Shown here one piece after another: positions 9,334 through 18,578 of a stretch of 47,736 nt of DNA. Position numbers and translations under genes: made by a program. The stretch comes from a virus (lineage: Duplodnaviria; Heunggongvirae; Uroviricota; Caudoviricetes): IMG/VR virus record IMGVR_UViG_2778261460_000004; one strand, written 5' to 3'. Under the pieces are notes generated by a model. It had not been told where the DNA came from and did no database searches. It saw only the letters and a list, made by a program, of their open reading frames with translations. The stretch's first letter is position 1. Each line of letters begins with the position of its first letter.

Positions 9334-11337
9334 ATGATTATGAGTGAAAATGATACAACCCCAAAGAAGTCTACAAGCCAGATTAACAAAGCGGTATTCT
9401 TTACATCTGCTTTGCTAATTTTCCTTCTTGTCGCCTTTGCCGCCGTATTCCCGGATGTCGCCGACAAAAATTTTAAACTACTTCAGCAACAAATCTTCAC
9501 GAATGCCAGCTGGTTCTACATACTTGCTGTGGCCCTGATTTTACTGAGCGTCACGTTCCTTGGACTCTCACGTTACGGTGATATAAAGCTGGGCCCAGAC
9601 CATGCGCAGCCTGATTTCAGCTACCACTCCTGGTTCGCGATGCTTTTTTCGGCAGGGATGGGGATCGGCCTGATGTTCTTTGGCGTTGCCGAACCTGTGA
9701 TGCATTATCTTTCGCCACCTGTCGGCACTCCAGAGACCGTTGCGGCAGCGAAGGAAGCCATGCGCCTGACGTTCTTCCACTGGGGTCTGCACGCATGGGC
9801 AATTTATGCCATCGTGGCGCTGATTCTGGCCTTTTTCAGTTACCGTCACGGTCTGCCTTTAACGCTGCGTTCTGCGCTCTATCCCATTATCGGCGATCGC
9901 ATTTACGGGCCTATAGGCCACGCGGTTGATATCTTCGCCGTGATAGGCACTGTCTTTGGCGTTGCAACATCGCTGGGTTACGGTGTATTGCAGGTGAATG
10001 CCGGTTTGAACCATCTTTTCGGCGTGCCCATCAATGAAACGGTACAGGTCATTTTGATCGTGGTCATCACGGGGTTAGCGACGATTTCGGTGGTGTCCGG
10101 CCTGGACAAGGGAATACGCATCCTGTCTGAGCTTAATCTGGGCCTGGCGGTGTTGCTCCTGGCGCTGGTCTTGTGCCTGGGTCCCACTGTGCTTCTGCTG
10201 AAGTCATTTGTGGAAAATACGGGTGGTTATCTGTCGGAACTGGTGAGTAAAACGTTCAACCTTTACGCGTATGAACCCAAGTCGAGCAACTGGCTGGGGG
10301 GCTGGACATTATTATACTGGGGATGGTGGCTTTCATGGTCGCCGTTTGTAGGTATGTTCATTGCACGCGTTTCCCGCGGCAGGACAATTCGTGAGTTCGT
10401 GACTGGCGTGTTGTTTGTTCCCGCCGGCTTTACGCTCATGTGGATGACGGTGTTTGGAAACAGCGCCATCTATCTCATCATGAACCAGGGCGCCACTGAC
10501 CTCGCCAATACCGTTCAGCAGGATGTTGCGCTTGCCCTGTTTAATTTCCTGGAGCATTTCCCGTTCTCTTCCGTGCTGTCATTCATTGCAATGGCGATGG
10601 TCATCGTCTTCTTTGTAACGTCTGCTGATTCGGGGGCAATGGTTGTGGATACTCTGGCATCAGGTGGGGTGGCAAACACGCCCGTCTGGCAGCGAATTTT
10701 CTGGGCATCGCTCATGGGCGTTGTTGCTATTGCCCTGCTGATCGCAGGGGGGCTGAGTGCGTTGCAAACCGTAACGATAGCGAGTGCATTGCCCTTCTCA
10801 GTTATCTTATTAATATCCATATACGGACTGTTAAAAGCCCTGCGTCGGGATTTGACCAAGCGTGAAAGCCTTAGCATGGCGACTATTGCTCCTACGGCTG
10901 CACGTAACCCAATTCCCTGGCAGAGAAGGTTACGCAATATCGCGTATTTGCCGAAGCGCTCTCTTGTGAAACGTTTTATGGACGACATTATCCAACCCGC
11001 CATGACGCTGGTTCAGGAGGAACTTAACAAGCAGGGAACGATAAGCCACATCAGTGACGCCGCCGAGGATCGTATTCGCCTTGAAGTCGATTTGGGCAAC
11101 GAGCTGAATTATATATATGAAGTGAGGCTTCGCGGGTATAACTCACCGACCTTCGCGCTCGCTGCGCTGGATAATGATGAGCAGCAGAGTGAACAACATC
11201 GATATTATCGCGCTGAAGTCTATCTCAAAGAGGGCGGCCAAAATTATGATGTAATGGGCTGGAATCAGGAACAGCTGATTAATGACATACTGGACCAGTA
11301 CGAAAAACACCTGCACTTCCTGCATCTGGTTCGTTAA
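9334..11337 (+). CDS. BCCT-family transporter (BetT-like choline/glycine betaine transporter)
   Basis: 667 aa; multiple TM segments; BCCT signature WTLLYWGWWLSWSPFVGMFIARVSRGRTIREF; long cytoplasmic C-terminal extension as in BetT. Confidence 0.85.
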   Translation: MIMSENDTTPKKSTSQINKAVFFTSALLIFLLVAFAAVFPDVADKNFKLLQQQIFTNASWFYILAVALILLSVTFLGLSRYGDIKLGPDHAQPDFSYHSWFAMLFSAGMGIGLMFFGVAEPVMHYLSPPVGTPETVAAAKEAMRLTFFHWGLHAWAIYAIVALILAFFSYRHGLPLTLRSALYPIIGDRIYGPIGHAVDIFAVIGTVFGVATSLGYGVLQVNAGLNHLFGVPINETVQVILIVVITGLATISVVSGLDKGIRILSELNLGLAVLLLALVLCLGPTVLLLKSFVENTGGYLSELVSKTFNLYAYEPKSSNWLGGWTLLYWGWWLSWSPFVGMFIARVSRGRTIREFVTGVLFVPAGFTLMWMTVFGNSAIYLIMNQGATDLANTVQQDVALALFNFLEHFPFSSVLSFIAMAMVIVFFVTSADSGAMVVDTLASGGVANTPVWQRIFWASLMGVVAIALLIAGGLSALQTVTIASALPFSVILLISIYGLLKALRRDLTKRESLSMATIAPTAARNPIPWQRRLRNIAYLPKRSLVKRFMDDIIQPAMTLVQEELNKQGTISHISDAAEDRIRLEVDLGNELNYIYEVRLRGYNSPTFALAALDNDEQQSEQHRYYRAEVYLKEGGQNYDVMGWNQEQLINDILDQYEKHLHFLHLVR

Positions 11338-11385
11338 CAGCAACATGCCGCCACAGAGGCGGCATTTATTTATCCCGGCTGCAAT

Positions 11386-12678
11386 ATGAGGGAATGCAGA
11401 ATGATTTCACGCTGGAAATGGATGCTGAAGCAGACATTTAAAAAACTATGGTTCAGGGCAACGTTATTCGCAATTGTCGCAATAATAACGGCCCTTTTAT
11501 CAATTCTTTTTAAATCAATGATACCTGAGTCGGTTTCCGTGAAGGTTGGTGCGGAAGCAGTCGATAACATTCTGAACATACTGGCATCGAGTATGCTGGC
11601 CGTGACCACATTTTCGCTGAGCATCATGGTCACAGCCTACGGTTCAGCCACTACTAATGTGACTCCCAGAGCTACTCGTTTAGTTGTTGAAGACGTCACC
11701 ACACAAAATGTACTGGCCACCTTCATCGGTTCTTTTCTCTTCAGTCTGGTAGGGATTATTGCCCTCAATATGGGAGCTTATGGAGAAAGGGGGAGAGTCA
11801 TTTTATTCATTGTAACACTGGTTGTCATTGCCTTAATCCTCATCACATTGCTTCGCTGGATACAGCATTTGACCTCTCTGGGGAGGGTTGGTGAGACAAC
11901 GGCAAAAGTAGAACAGGCGGCCATCGAAACATTTATTGCGAGAGCAAGAAATCCCTGTCTCGGCGGATATCCATGGCTTGAGAACAATGAACAGCCGAAA
12001 GGAACGGTTGCAGTTTATCCGAAAAAGATTGGCTATGTTGAATATGTTGATATGGTGAAACTCAGCAAGCTGCTGACCAATGATCCCCGTCATGTATACC
12101 TCGTGGCGCAGCCGGGCAGTTTCATACATCCGTCCACGCCAGTTTTGTACCTGAGTCAGGGCCAGGAGTCATCAATCAGCACCGATTTACTTGAGACGAT
12201 TATTGTCTCGGATGTACGTTCATTTGCTCAGGACCCCCGATTTTGTCTTAGCGTCATGGCCGAAATAGCCTGCCGAGCCCTTTCCCCCGCAGTGAACGAT
12301 CCTGGAACCGCCATTGATGTCATTGGCAGAGGTGTACGTATACTTTCCGCTTACGCGCAGAATAAATCTGATGAAATAGAAGTGAAATATCCTTCTGTAC
12401 ATGTTGCACCACTTCAGAATAACGATCTACTTGAAGACTTTTTCTCACCTGTTGCGCGCGATGGTGCCAGTATGAGGGAAATTCAGATAAGGGTACTTAA
12501 AGGACTGTCGATGCTGAGTAAGGGTTGGCCTGGAATTTTTGCTGAAGCCGCACAAACCCTAGCATTTGAAACATTAGAGCATGCTACTCGTGCTGACCAT
12601 ATAGATTCTGACAGATATCTAATAAAATCAATTTATTATAATTTATTTAGTGGCGAAGATTCTAATAAAAAACCATAG
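11386..12678 (+). CDS. Membrane protein with N-terminal TM helices and large soluble domain (DUF2254-like)
   Basis: 430 aa; about 4-5 hydrophobic helices in first 170 aa; about 50 bp downstream of the BCCT gene on same strand. Family assignment from memory, moderate. Confidence 0.55.
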   Translation: MRECRMISRWKWMLKQTFKKLWFRATLFAIVAIITALLSILFKSMIPESVSVKVGAEAVDNILNILASSMLAVTTFSLSIMVTAYGSATTNVTPRATRLVVEDVTTQNVLATFIGSFLFSLVGIIALNMGAYGERGRVILFIVTLVVIALILITLLRWIQHLTSLGRVGETTAKVEQAAIETFIARARNPCLGGYPWLENNEQPKGTVAVYPKKIGYVEYVDMVKLSKLLTNDPRHVYLVAQPGSFIHPSTPVLYLSQGQESSISTDLLETIIVSDVRSFAQDPRFCLSVMAEIACRALSPAVNDPGTAIDVIGRGVRILSAYAQNKSDEIEVKYPSVHVAPLQNNDLLEDFFSPVARDGASMREIQIRVLKGLSMLSKGWPGIFAEAAQTLAFETLEHATRADHIDSDRYLIKSIYYNLFSGEDSNKKP

Positions 12679-12743
12679 TTGCGGAGCAAGCGATACGGTT
12701 GTTGGCAAGTCAAGGGCAAAGCATTCGCGTGAGAGTGGGCGTC

Positions 12744-12763
12744 TGCTTTGTGCCAAAAGCTGA
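12744..12763. repeat. Direct repeat copy 2 flanking transporter/DUF2254 module
   Basis: CTTTGTGCCAAAAGCTGACG (18/20 identical to 9073-9092). Confidence 0.5.
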
Positions 12764-12850
12764 CGTTTGTGGTTCTTGAAACATATCTTATAATGCGGCC
12801 AGTTTTTGTTGACCACTGCACTCCTTAATTATGTATGTAGAAGATAAATA

Positions 12851-13189
12851 ATGAAAAGACTGCTGATATTGATCCTTCTGGGTTTTTCCTGTGTATCACA
12901 AGCCAAGTCAGTAATGCGTTGTGAGGGCGACAAAGCGGTTGTCTTCGACAAAGAACGGGCAACTATTGATTATGAGGGGCGTGTTTTTGAGAATGCATAC
13001 CAGAGAACGTTGAGTGGGATGGTCATAATCGCTGGCACTGACGATCTAGGCTATGAAGGTGAATTGTTGTTTTCGAAAGTCAAAGGCGTTGGCGCATGGA
13101 GCTTCAATATCAGCGAAAGCGAGGAAATGTCCCCTCCAGAAGCTAAGTCACGGAAAACGATTTTATCTATAGATTGCACTCCGCAGTAG
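12851..13189 (+). CDS. Small secreted/periplasmic protein (signal peptide)
   Basis: 112 aa; N-terminal MKRLLILILLGFSCVSQA looks like a Sec signal peptide; two Cys in mature part; AT-rich gene. Confidence 0.5.
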   Translation: MKRLLILILLGFSCVSQAKSVMRCEGDKAVVFDKERATIDYEGRVFENAYQRTLSGMVIIAGTDDLGYEGELLFSKVKGVGAWSFNISESEEMSPPEAKSRKTILSIDCTPQ

Positions 13190-13473
13190 GATGGAAGAAG
13201 CGGGTGTTACTATTGAAAAACCACATGTTCGCTCCTCGCTCAAAGCTGCCTGTCATGCTTGCTTAAAAAACAGGCTTAACGTAGGATATTTTCCGTTTTC
13301 CAAGCGGACCCCATAAGTGGCGCATTAGGCACAAGTGGTTGAGGGGATGGGAAGCCATAACGGAAAATGATTTTGACAGTGACAACGCAGCTTTCAGTTA
13401 TGCATATGACCACTTTTTAAAAAGTGATTTCTCAAAAAATAGAAATAAATAACAAATTTTCTAATGGTGTCAA

Positions 13474-14532
13474 ATGGAAAGTATCGCGCTATACAACTGG
13501 GCTACAAGTGTTTTGTCTTCTATTACAGAAGATTTGAATGAACATTACTATAAAGAAATTAATGGCAGTCTCGCTTTACAATTTGAAACTACAGATATTG
13601 TGAACGCTAGAGCTTTAGTTTACTCAGAGCGTGATGAACCACCAAGGCATGCTATATCAATCACATATAAATTAATCCGATCATTATATGATGATGCTGC
13701 TGCTTTTGTAGATTATGTTCACTCTGGTAAAGATGATGAAGTTTATGATATGTGGTTTAATGGGCAAACCAACTTTAGCACTTTAAGAAATGAGTGGGAT
13801 AAAACTAATTTCACTAAAAACATTTTTCTAGCAGGTTTGACATGGGTTTTTTTTCATGAGTTAGGACACTTAACTCAGGGCCATTTATTTATAAGGAACA
13901 GGTATAGTTCCGAAATTAATGTAATGTCTGAAATTCACTTAAATAATTTATCATCAGACAATAACGATGCATCTGCCATTTGGCACGCAACGGAACTTGC
14001 AGCCGATTATTTTTCCACATACATGTGTGTAATAGAAATTGTTCGACAACTTGCCATTAATGAAGATTGCGAATTGGCAATTTGCTTTTTGACATGTGGT
14101 ATATCATTAATGTTACATCGTTTTCAAGGCGAAAAACTTTATGAGGTTCAAACAGAACCAGTTGGTACACATCCTAGGCCATTCGTAAGGCTTGAAATGA
14201 TCGTGCCTTTAATTTTTGAAATACTTTCTATTCCAAACACAGATCAACGTCGTAGTTATGTGCTTGCAGGTGGTGAATCGGCCAACAGGGTTGGACTTTT
14301 CTGGATAAGAAAGACTGGAATAATGGAGGGTATTCCTGAACATTATCTTATCGAAGGTACATTGAACCGGCCTGGAGTTGTTGAGTATTTGAGGCATATC
14401 ATTTTTATTTGGGATAGCATTTCATCTGAAATCTCTGAGATGTTCACTTTTGGCACAAAAAAAATGCTTCTTAACTTCACGAATGTACTTCGGACTACAC
14501 CGGATTTGAATGATGATACACAGGAAAAATAA
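13474..14532 (+). CDS. Putative cytoplasmic zinc metallopeptidase-like protein (HExxH motif)
   Basis: 352 aa; motif VFFHELGHLTQGH at residues 126-138 (HExxH plus downstream His); no signal peptide; AT-rich, atypical composition for the host. Confidence 0.5.
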   Translation: MESIALYNWATSVLSSITEDLNEHYYKEINGSLALQFETTDIVNARALVYSERDEPPRHAISITYKLIRSLYDDAAAFVDYVHSGKDDEVYDMWFNGQTNFSTLRNEWDKTNFTKNIFLAGLTWVFFHELGHLTQGHLFIRNRYSSEINVMSEIHLNNLSSDNNDASAIWHATELAADYFSTYMCVIEIVRQLAINEDCELAICFLTCGISLMLHRFQGEKLYEVQTEPVGTHPRPFVRLEMIVPLIFEILSIPNTDQRRSYVLAGGESANRVGLFWIRKTGIMEGIPEHYLIEGTLNRPGVVEYLRHIIFIWDSISSEISEMFTFGTKKMLLNFTNVLRTTPDLNDDTQEK

Positions 14533-15044
14533 TGCTGATCAGTGTTAATTAACAATTCGCATAATATAGGGGGGCTGTACCGGAACCGCCAGAAATTTCT
14601 GGCGCAGTGAATTAGTCGAATTTTGAAGCATGTTTGGCATGTGCTGACGTGTACGTTTATGGTGCCGTGAGTGAGAATTTATCCGTACCAGCTATGTGAG
14701 ACGCTGCGGTCAGTGATTTTTCGTTCCAAACGGCCATTTCTTTACTGTCCGGTTGACGGCGGTCTTACGTACAGGCAGACAACCGCAAACATTATGCGTC
14801 ACGGAAATTTCTGCGGTTCTGGCGTACAACCCCAAATTAACGTCCGCTCATCGCTCAAAGCGGACTAGAAGGTTAGCTTGCGTCGGACTTGGCGTATTTA
14901 AAGAAGTACTGGTGGTGACTGGTTGTTGTGTTCCATTTCTACAGAACAAAATCACAGAAACTATACCCAATAGTTGTATCTCATCAATGATGAGACAGCC
15001 TCATATTTATCAGGACTGGTGTACGTCCAATACAGGAGGTTGTC

Positions 15045-15134
15045 GTGCTGGTTCTCAAATGTGCGCTGGCTATTGCAGCTGTAATGGCAATTTATTGTCT
15101 TGCTGTTGTTCTTATGGATCGCCTTTCTGATTGA
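15045..15134 (+). CDS. Small hydrophobic peptide (29 aa), type-I-toxin-like
   Basis: GTG start 5 nt after AGGAGG; product MLVLKCALAIAAVMAIYCLAVVLMDRLSD (single predicted TM helix); below the ORF-track size cutoff. Confidence 0.3.
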   Translation: MLVLKCALAIAAVMAIYCLAVVLMDRLSD

Positions 15135-15345
15135 TTTTATATTGGCGAGGTAACGGGAGTTAAGTAGAATGGCTGCGGGTGCTTGAGGCTATCTGTCTCA
15201 GGCATGAACACCAAAGGCAGATAGAGAAAAGCCCCAGTTAACATTACGCGTCCTGCAAGACGCTTAACATTAATCTGAGGCTCAATCTATGAACGGCAAA
15301 TCTAGGTTAGCCTCTTACGTGCCGAAAGGCAAGGAGAAGCAGGCT

Positions 15346-15501
15346 ATGAAGCAGCAAAAGGCGATGTTAATCGCCCTGATCGTCATCTGTTTAACCGTCA
15401 TAGTGACGGCACTGGTAACGAGGAAAGACCTCTGCGAGGTACGAATCCGAACCGGCCAGACGGAGGTCGCTGTCTTCACAGCTTACGAACCTGAGGAGTA
15501 A
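15346..15501 (+). CDS. hokD: Hok-family type I toxin HokD (RelF)
   Basis: 51-aa product MKQQKAMLIALIVICLTVIVTALVTRKDLCEVRIRTGQTEVAVFTAYEPEE matches recalled HokD; in-frame upstream extension (from 15289) may correspond to a mok-like frame; antisense Sok-like RNA expected upstream but not delimited. Confidence 0.85.
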   Translation: MKQQKAMLIALIVICLTVIVTALVTRKDLCEVRIRTGQTEVAVFTAYEPEE

Positions 15502-15667
15502 GAGACCAGGCGGGGGAGAATCCCTCGCCACCTCTGATGTGTCAGGCATCCTCAACGCACCCGCACTTAACCCGCTTCGGCGGGTTTTGTTTTTTCCTAG
15601 CATTCTGGTTTACAATTCGCACGCCAGCCTGAACAACTGGCACCTGCTGCGCCAGCAGAGACAACCG

Positions 15668-15946
15668 ATGGCGCACGATACCAAATTACACAATTCTGAT
15701 GATTCTGCCGTCTTTGCCAGCAGGCACGGGCGGCGTTCCCGCACTTTCAAATCTGACTGGTTCCAGCATCCCCCATGCACTGAAGAACAGGCCGAGTGGC
15801 TAATTCAGTGCTACCGCAGACACGGATACGAGATTAAGAAAGCCCTCAGCCTCGATTATCGTCACTGGATAATCTCCGTCAGGCTTCCTTACTCCGAACG
15901 CCCACCGCGTCCGTCCCGCACATTCCAGCAACGCATCTGGAGGTAA
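15668..15946 (+). CDS. Rem-like small protein
   Basis: 92-aa product from internal Met (MAHDTKLHNSDD...); position between hokD and ydfU as in Qin. Confidence 0.45.
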   Translation: MAHDTKLHNSDDSAVFASRHGRRSRTFKSDWFQHPPCTEEQAEWLIQCYRRHGYEIKKALSLDYRHWIISVRLPYSERPPRPSRTFQQRIWR

Positions 15947-15947
15947 C

Positions 15948-17003
15948 GTGCGGGTATTACTTCGACCTGTTCTGGTACCGGAACTCGGGCTGGTGATCGT
16001 TAAGCCGGGCCGGGAATCCATGCCGGTATTCCACAATACCCGGGTACTGGTGGAGCCGGAACCGAAAAGCATGCGTAATCTGCCGTCCGGGGTCGTTCCT
16101 GCCGTTCGCCAGCCGCTAGTGGAAGACAAAACATTGCTGCCGTTTTTCAGTAACGCACGGGTGATTCGTGCTGCTGGTGGTGCTGGTGCATTGTCTGACT
16201 GGCTGTTGCGCCATATTAAATCCTGCCAGTGGCCTCATGGTGATTACCATCACAGCGAAACCGTCATACATCGTTACGGTGCTGGCGCGATGGTGTTGTG
16301 CTGGCACTGTGACAACCAGTTGCGTGACCAGTCCTCCGAATCACTTGAGCAACTTGCTCATCAAAACCTGTCAGCATGGATGATTGACGTCATACGCCAT
16401 GCAATGAATGGCACGCAGGAGCGGGAGTTATCGCTGGCTGAATTATCCTGGTGGGCGGTCTGCAATCAAGTGGCGGACGCGCTTCCGGAGGCAGTATTAC
16501 GTCGTTCTTTGGGGTTACGTGCGGAAAAAATCCGCTCCTTGTACCGCGAAAGCGACATCGTACCGGGAGAGCAGACCGCCACCAGCATACTGAAGCAGCG
16601 CACAAAAAATCTTGCGCCGCTGCCTCACGCCCACCAGCAAAACCCGCCACAGGAAAAGACGGTGGTCAGCATTGCCGTTGATCCGGAGTCACCGGCTCAG
16701 TATCTCCAGCGCCAGAAACCACAACGGGAAGAGATGCCTGTATACACGCGCTGGGTAAAAACGCAGAAATGCATGACGTGCGGTAATCAGGCAGATGATC
16801 CGCATCACATCATTGGTCATGGACTGGGAGGGATGGGAACAAAGGCTGATGATTTGTTTGTTATTCCGCTGTGCCGTAAATGTCATAACGAACTGCACGC
16901 CGGGGTAAAAGATTTTGAAGAAAAACACGGCAGCCAGCTGTTGTTGCTGATTCGTTTTTTAATGCACGCGAGAAATTCGGGTGTCCTGAAGTGGAAAGCA
17001 TGA
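15948..17003 (+). CDS. ydfU: YdfU-like DUF968 protein with HNH-like Cys/His cluster
   Basis: 351 aa; C-terminal CMTCGNQADDPHHIIGHGLGGMGTKADDLFVIPLCRKCHNELH motif; nin-region position upstream of rusA and Q. Confidence 0.75.
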   Translation: MRVLLRPVLVPELGLVIVKPGRESMPVFHNTRVLVEPEPKSMRNLPSGVVPAVRQPLVEDKTLLPFFSNARVIRAAGGAGALSDWLLRHIKSCQWPHGDYHHSETVIHRYGAGAMVLCWHCDNQLRDQSSESLEQLAHQNLSAWMIDVIRHAMNGTQERELSLAELSWWAVCNQVADALPEAVLRRSLGLRAEKIRSLYRESDIVPGEQTATSILKQRTKNLAPLPHAHQQNPPQEKTVVSIAVDPESPAQYLQRQKPQREEMPVYTRWVKTQKCMTCGNQADDPHHIIGHGLGGMGTKADDLFVIPLCRKCHNELHAGVKDFEEKHGSQLLLLIRFLMHARNSGVLKWKA

Positions 17004-17369
17004 ATGACTGAACGCATAGAATTTGTTTTGCCTTACCCGCCGACGGTGAACACCTACTGGCGACGTCGTGGCAGTACATATTTTGTATCAAAAGCCGGTG
17101 AGCGTTATCGCCGTGATGTGGCGCTCATTGTTCGCCAGCAGCGACTGAAATTGAACCTGTCCGGAAGGCTGGCAATAAAAATTATTGCAGAGCCACCGGA
17201 TAAACGTCGTCGTGACCTGGACAATATCCTGAAAGCACCACTGGATGCGCTGACGCATGCCGGACTTCTCATAGACGACGAGCAGTTTGATGAAATCAAT
17301 ATTGTGCGCGGTCAGCGCGTTCCTGGGGGGCGGCTGGGCGTGAAGATTTACAAAATTGAGAGTGAGTGA
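17004..17369 (+). CDS. rusA: Holliday junction resolvase RusA
   Basis: 121 aa; RusA-like motifs PPTVNTYW and RRRDLDNILKAPLDALTHAGLLIDDEQ. Confidence 0.85.
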   Translation: MTERIEFVLPYPPTVNTYWRRRGSTYFVSKAGERYRRDVALIVRQQRLKLNLSGRLAIKIIAEPPDKRRRDLDNILKAPLDALTHAGLLIDDEQFDEINIVRGQRVPGGRLGVKIYKIESE

Positions 17370-17920
17370 TCGTAAATATGATATACCCGGAAATTACAGG
17401 CAAAAGCGGCGAGCATTTACGTCTTAAACCGCTGGAAGCCGTCTGGATCCAGGGGAAATTACGGATGTGGGGGCGTTGGTCGTATATAGGTGGTGGCAAA
17501 ACAGGAAATATGTTCAATCAGTTGCTGGCATCCAAAAAACTGACAAAAACCGCGATCAATGAAGCCCTGCGTAGAATCAGGGAGTCAGGGATTGATAAAC
17601 CAGAGCTGGAAGCATTCTTGCGAGAGATGATCGCTGGCAGACAGAAGAGCTGGTTGTCTCACTGTACTGATGCAGAGGCGTTACGCATTGATGGGGTGAT
17701 AAGTAAAGCGCTTGCACGTTATCCTGGATTGATTGATATCCTGCGGCAAAGGTACGAAGGGCGGGGGATGAGTAAACGCAAAATGGCTGAATTGTTGAAT
17801 GAGGTTCACCCTGAGTGGTGCTATGCAACATGCCGCAATCGTATAGATATGTGGCTGAGAATAGCTGAGTTTATTCTGTATCCACTGATGCGAGATGCAT
17901 TTTCTTTTACTGACGCTTAG
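17366..17920 (+). CDS. Late gene antiterminator Q (phage 21/Qin QuuQ type)
   Basis: 184 aa directly upstream of a promoter-plus-terminator region and the late/lysis genes; overlaps rusA stop. Confidence 0.7.
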   Translation: MIVNMIYPEITGKSGEHLRLKPLEAVWIQGKLRMWGRWSYIGGGKTGNMFNQLLASKKLTKTAINEALRRIRESGIDKPELEAFLREMIAGRQKSWLSHCTDAEALRIDGVISKALARYPGLIDILRQRYEGRGMSKRKMAELLNEVHPEWCYATCRNRIDMWLRIAEFILYPLMRDAFSFTDA

Positions 17921-18083
17921 AATCTGGAGGGCGTTTGTTGTTGCACGAAGAGGATTTTTGGCTGGTGGTAAGGTTTATGCAGTTTTAAAAAAAACTTGTA
18001 TTTTTAGCCATAAACTGTTTCAATCCAGCTACGCTTCGCAAAGCTGTACCGCGAGGCGAATAGCAGACATGGACACCTGAAAG
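17921..18083 (+). promoter_or_regulatory. Putative late promoter pR' and Q-utilisation region
   Basis: Intergenic AT-rich segment between Q and a strong intrinsic terminator, as in lambdoid pR'-qut-tR' arrangement; exact -35/-10 not assigned. Confidence 0.4.
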
Positions 18084-18108
18084 AACCCGCTTTATGCGGG
18101 TTTTTTTA
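18084..18108 (+). terminator. Rho-independent terminator (tR'-like)
   Basis: AACCCGC-TTTAT-GCGGGTT hairpin followed by TTTTTTT. Confidence 0.65.
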
Positions 18109-18230
18109 TGCCTGAAAAACGGCACAGAACATTAAACGCGCTGGTAGTTGTGAATACTGGTCTTTCAGCTTGCTGGCTTTTTCGACAAGAGGTATTGGTA
18201 TGTCACGTTAACCGGAAAAGGGAAAAAGGC

Positions 18231-18428
18231 ATGCTAAAACAGCAGGATATGACCGAAACCGCCAGAGTGGTGTTTAATGAATTAAGCGTCACCGAACCGG
18301 CGACCGTCGGGGAAATTGCGCAGAATACTTACCTTTCACGCGAACGCTGCCAGTTAATACTGACTCAGCTTGTTATGGCGGGGCTGGCAGATTATCAGTT
18401 CGGTTGTTACAGACGCCTTCCGCAGTGA
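18231..18428 (+). CDS. Small hypothetical protein upstream of methyltransferase (possible winged-helix regulator)
   Basis: 65-aa product from internal ATG (MLKQQDMTETARVVFNELSVTEPATVGEIAQNTYLSRERCQLILTQLVMAGLADY...); the track ORF start at 18108 lies inside the terminator T-run and is unlikely to be used. Confidence 0.35.
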   Translation: MLKQQDMTETARVVFNELSVTEPATVGEIAQNTYLSRERCQLILTQLVMAGLADYQFGCYRRLPQ

Positions 18429-18578
18429 GGGCTTTTTAATTTGTGGTAATGGGCGGCTGGTGGGTGTTAGCGGCACCTGCCAGCCATCTGCTCATGCGTT
18501 AGGGTCACAAGCAAACCTCAGGCCCATCTGCTTTGCGCAAAAGCGGTATGAGCCTATCAGAGAAGTGCTTATTGATCT

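Noticed and set aside
10515-11003. 162-aa minus-strand ORF inside the BCCT transporter gene
   Set aside because: Antisense to a well-supported membrane transporter ORF; no RBS.
14753-15130. 125-aa Cys-rich ORF upstream of hok region
   Set aside because: No RBS, odd Cys/Ser/Gly-rich composition, and it overlaps the better-supported 29-aa peptide frame; likely non-coding.
14533-15288. relBE toxin-antitoxin pair expected upstream of hokD by analogy with K-12 Qin
   Set aside because: No ORF in any frame resembles RelB or RelE; the module appears absent or replaced in this prophage.
18108-18230. ATG at 18108 as start of a 106-aa ORF
   Set aside because: The start codon lies inside the T-run of the terminator hairpin after Q; an internal start at 18231 is more plausible if the gene is real.
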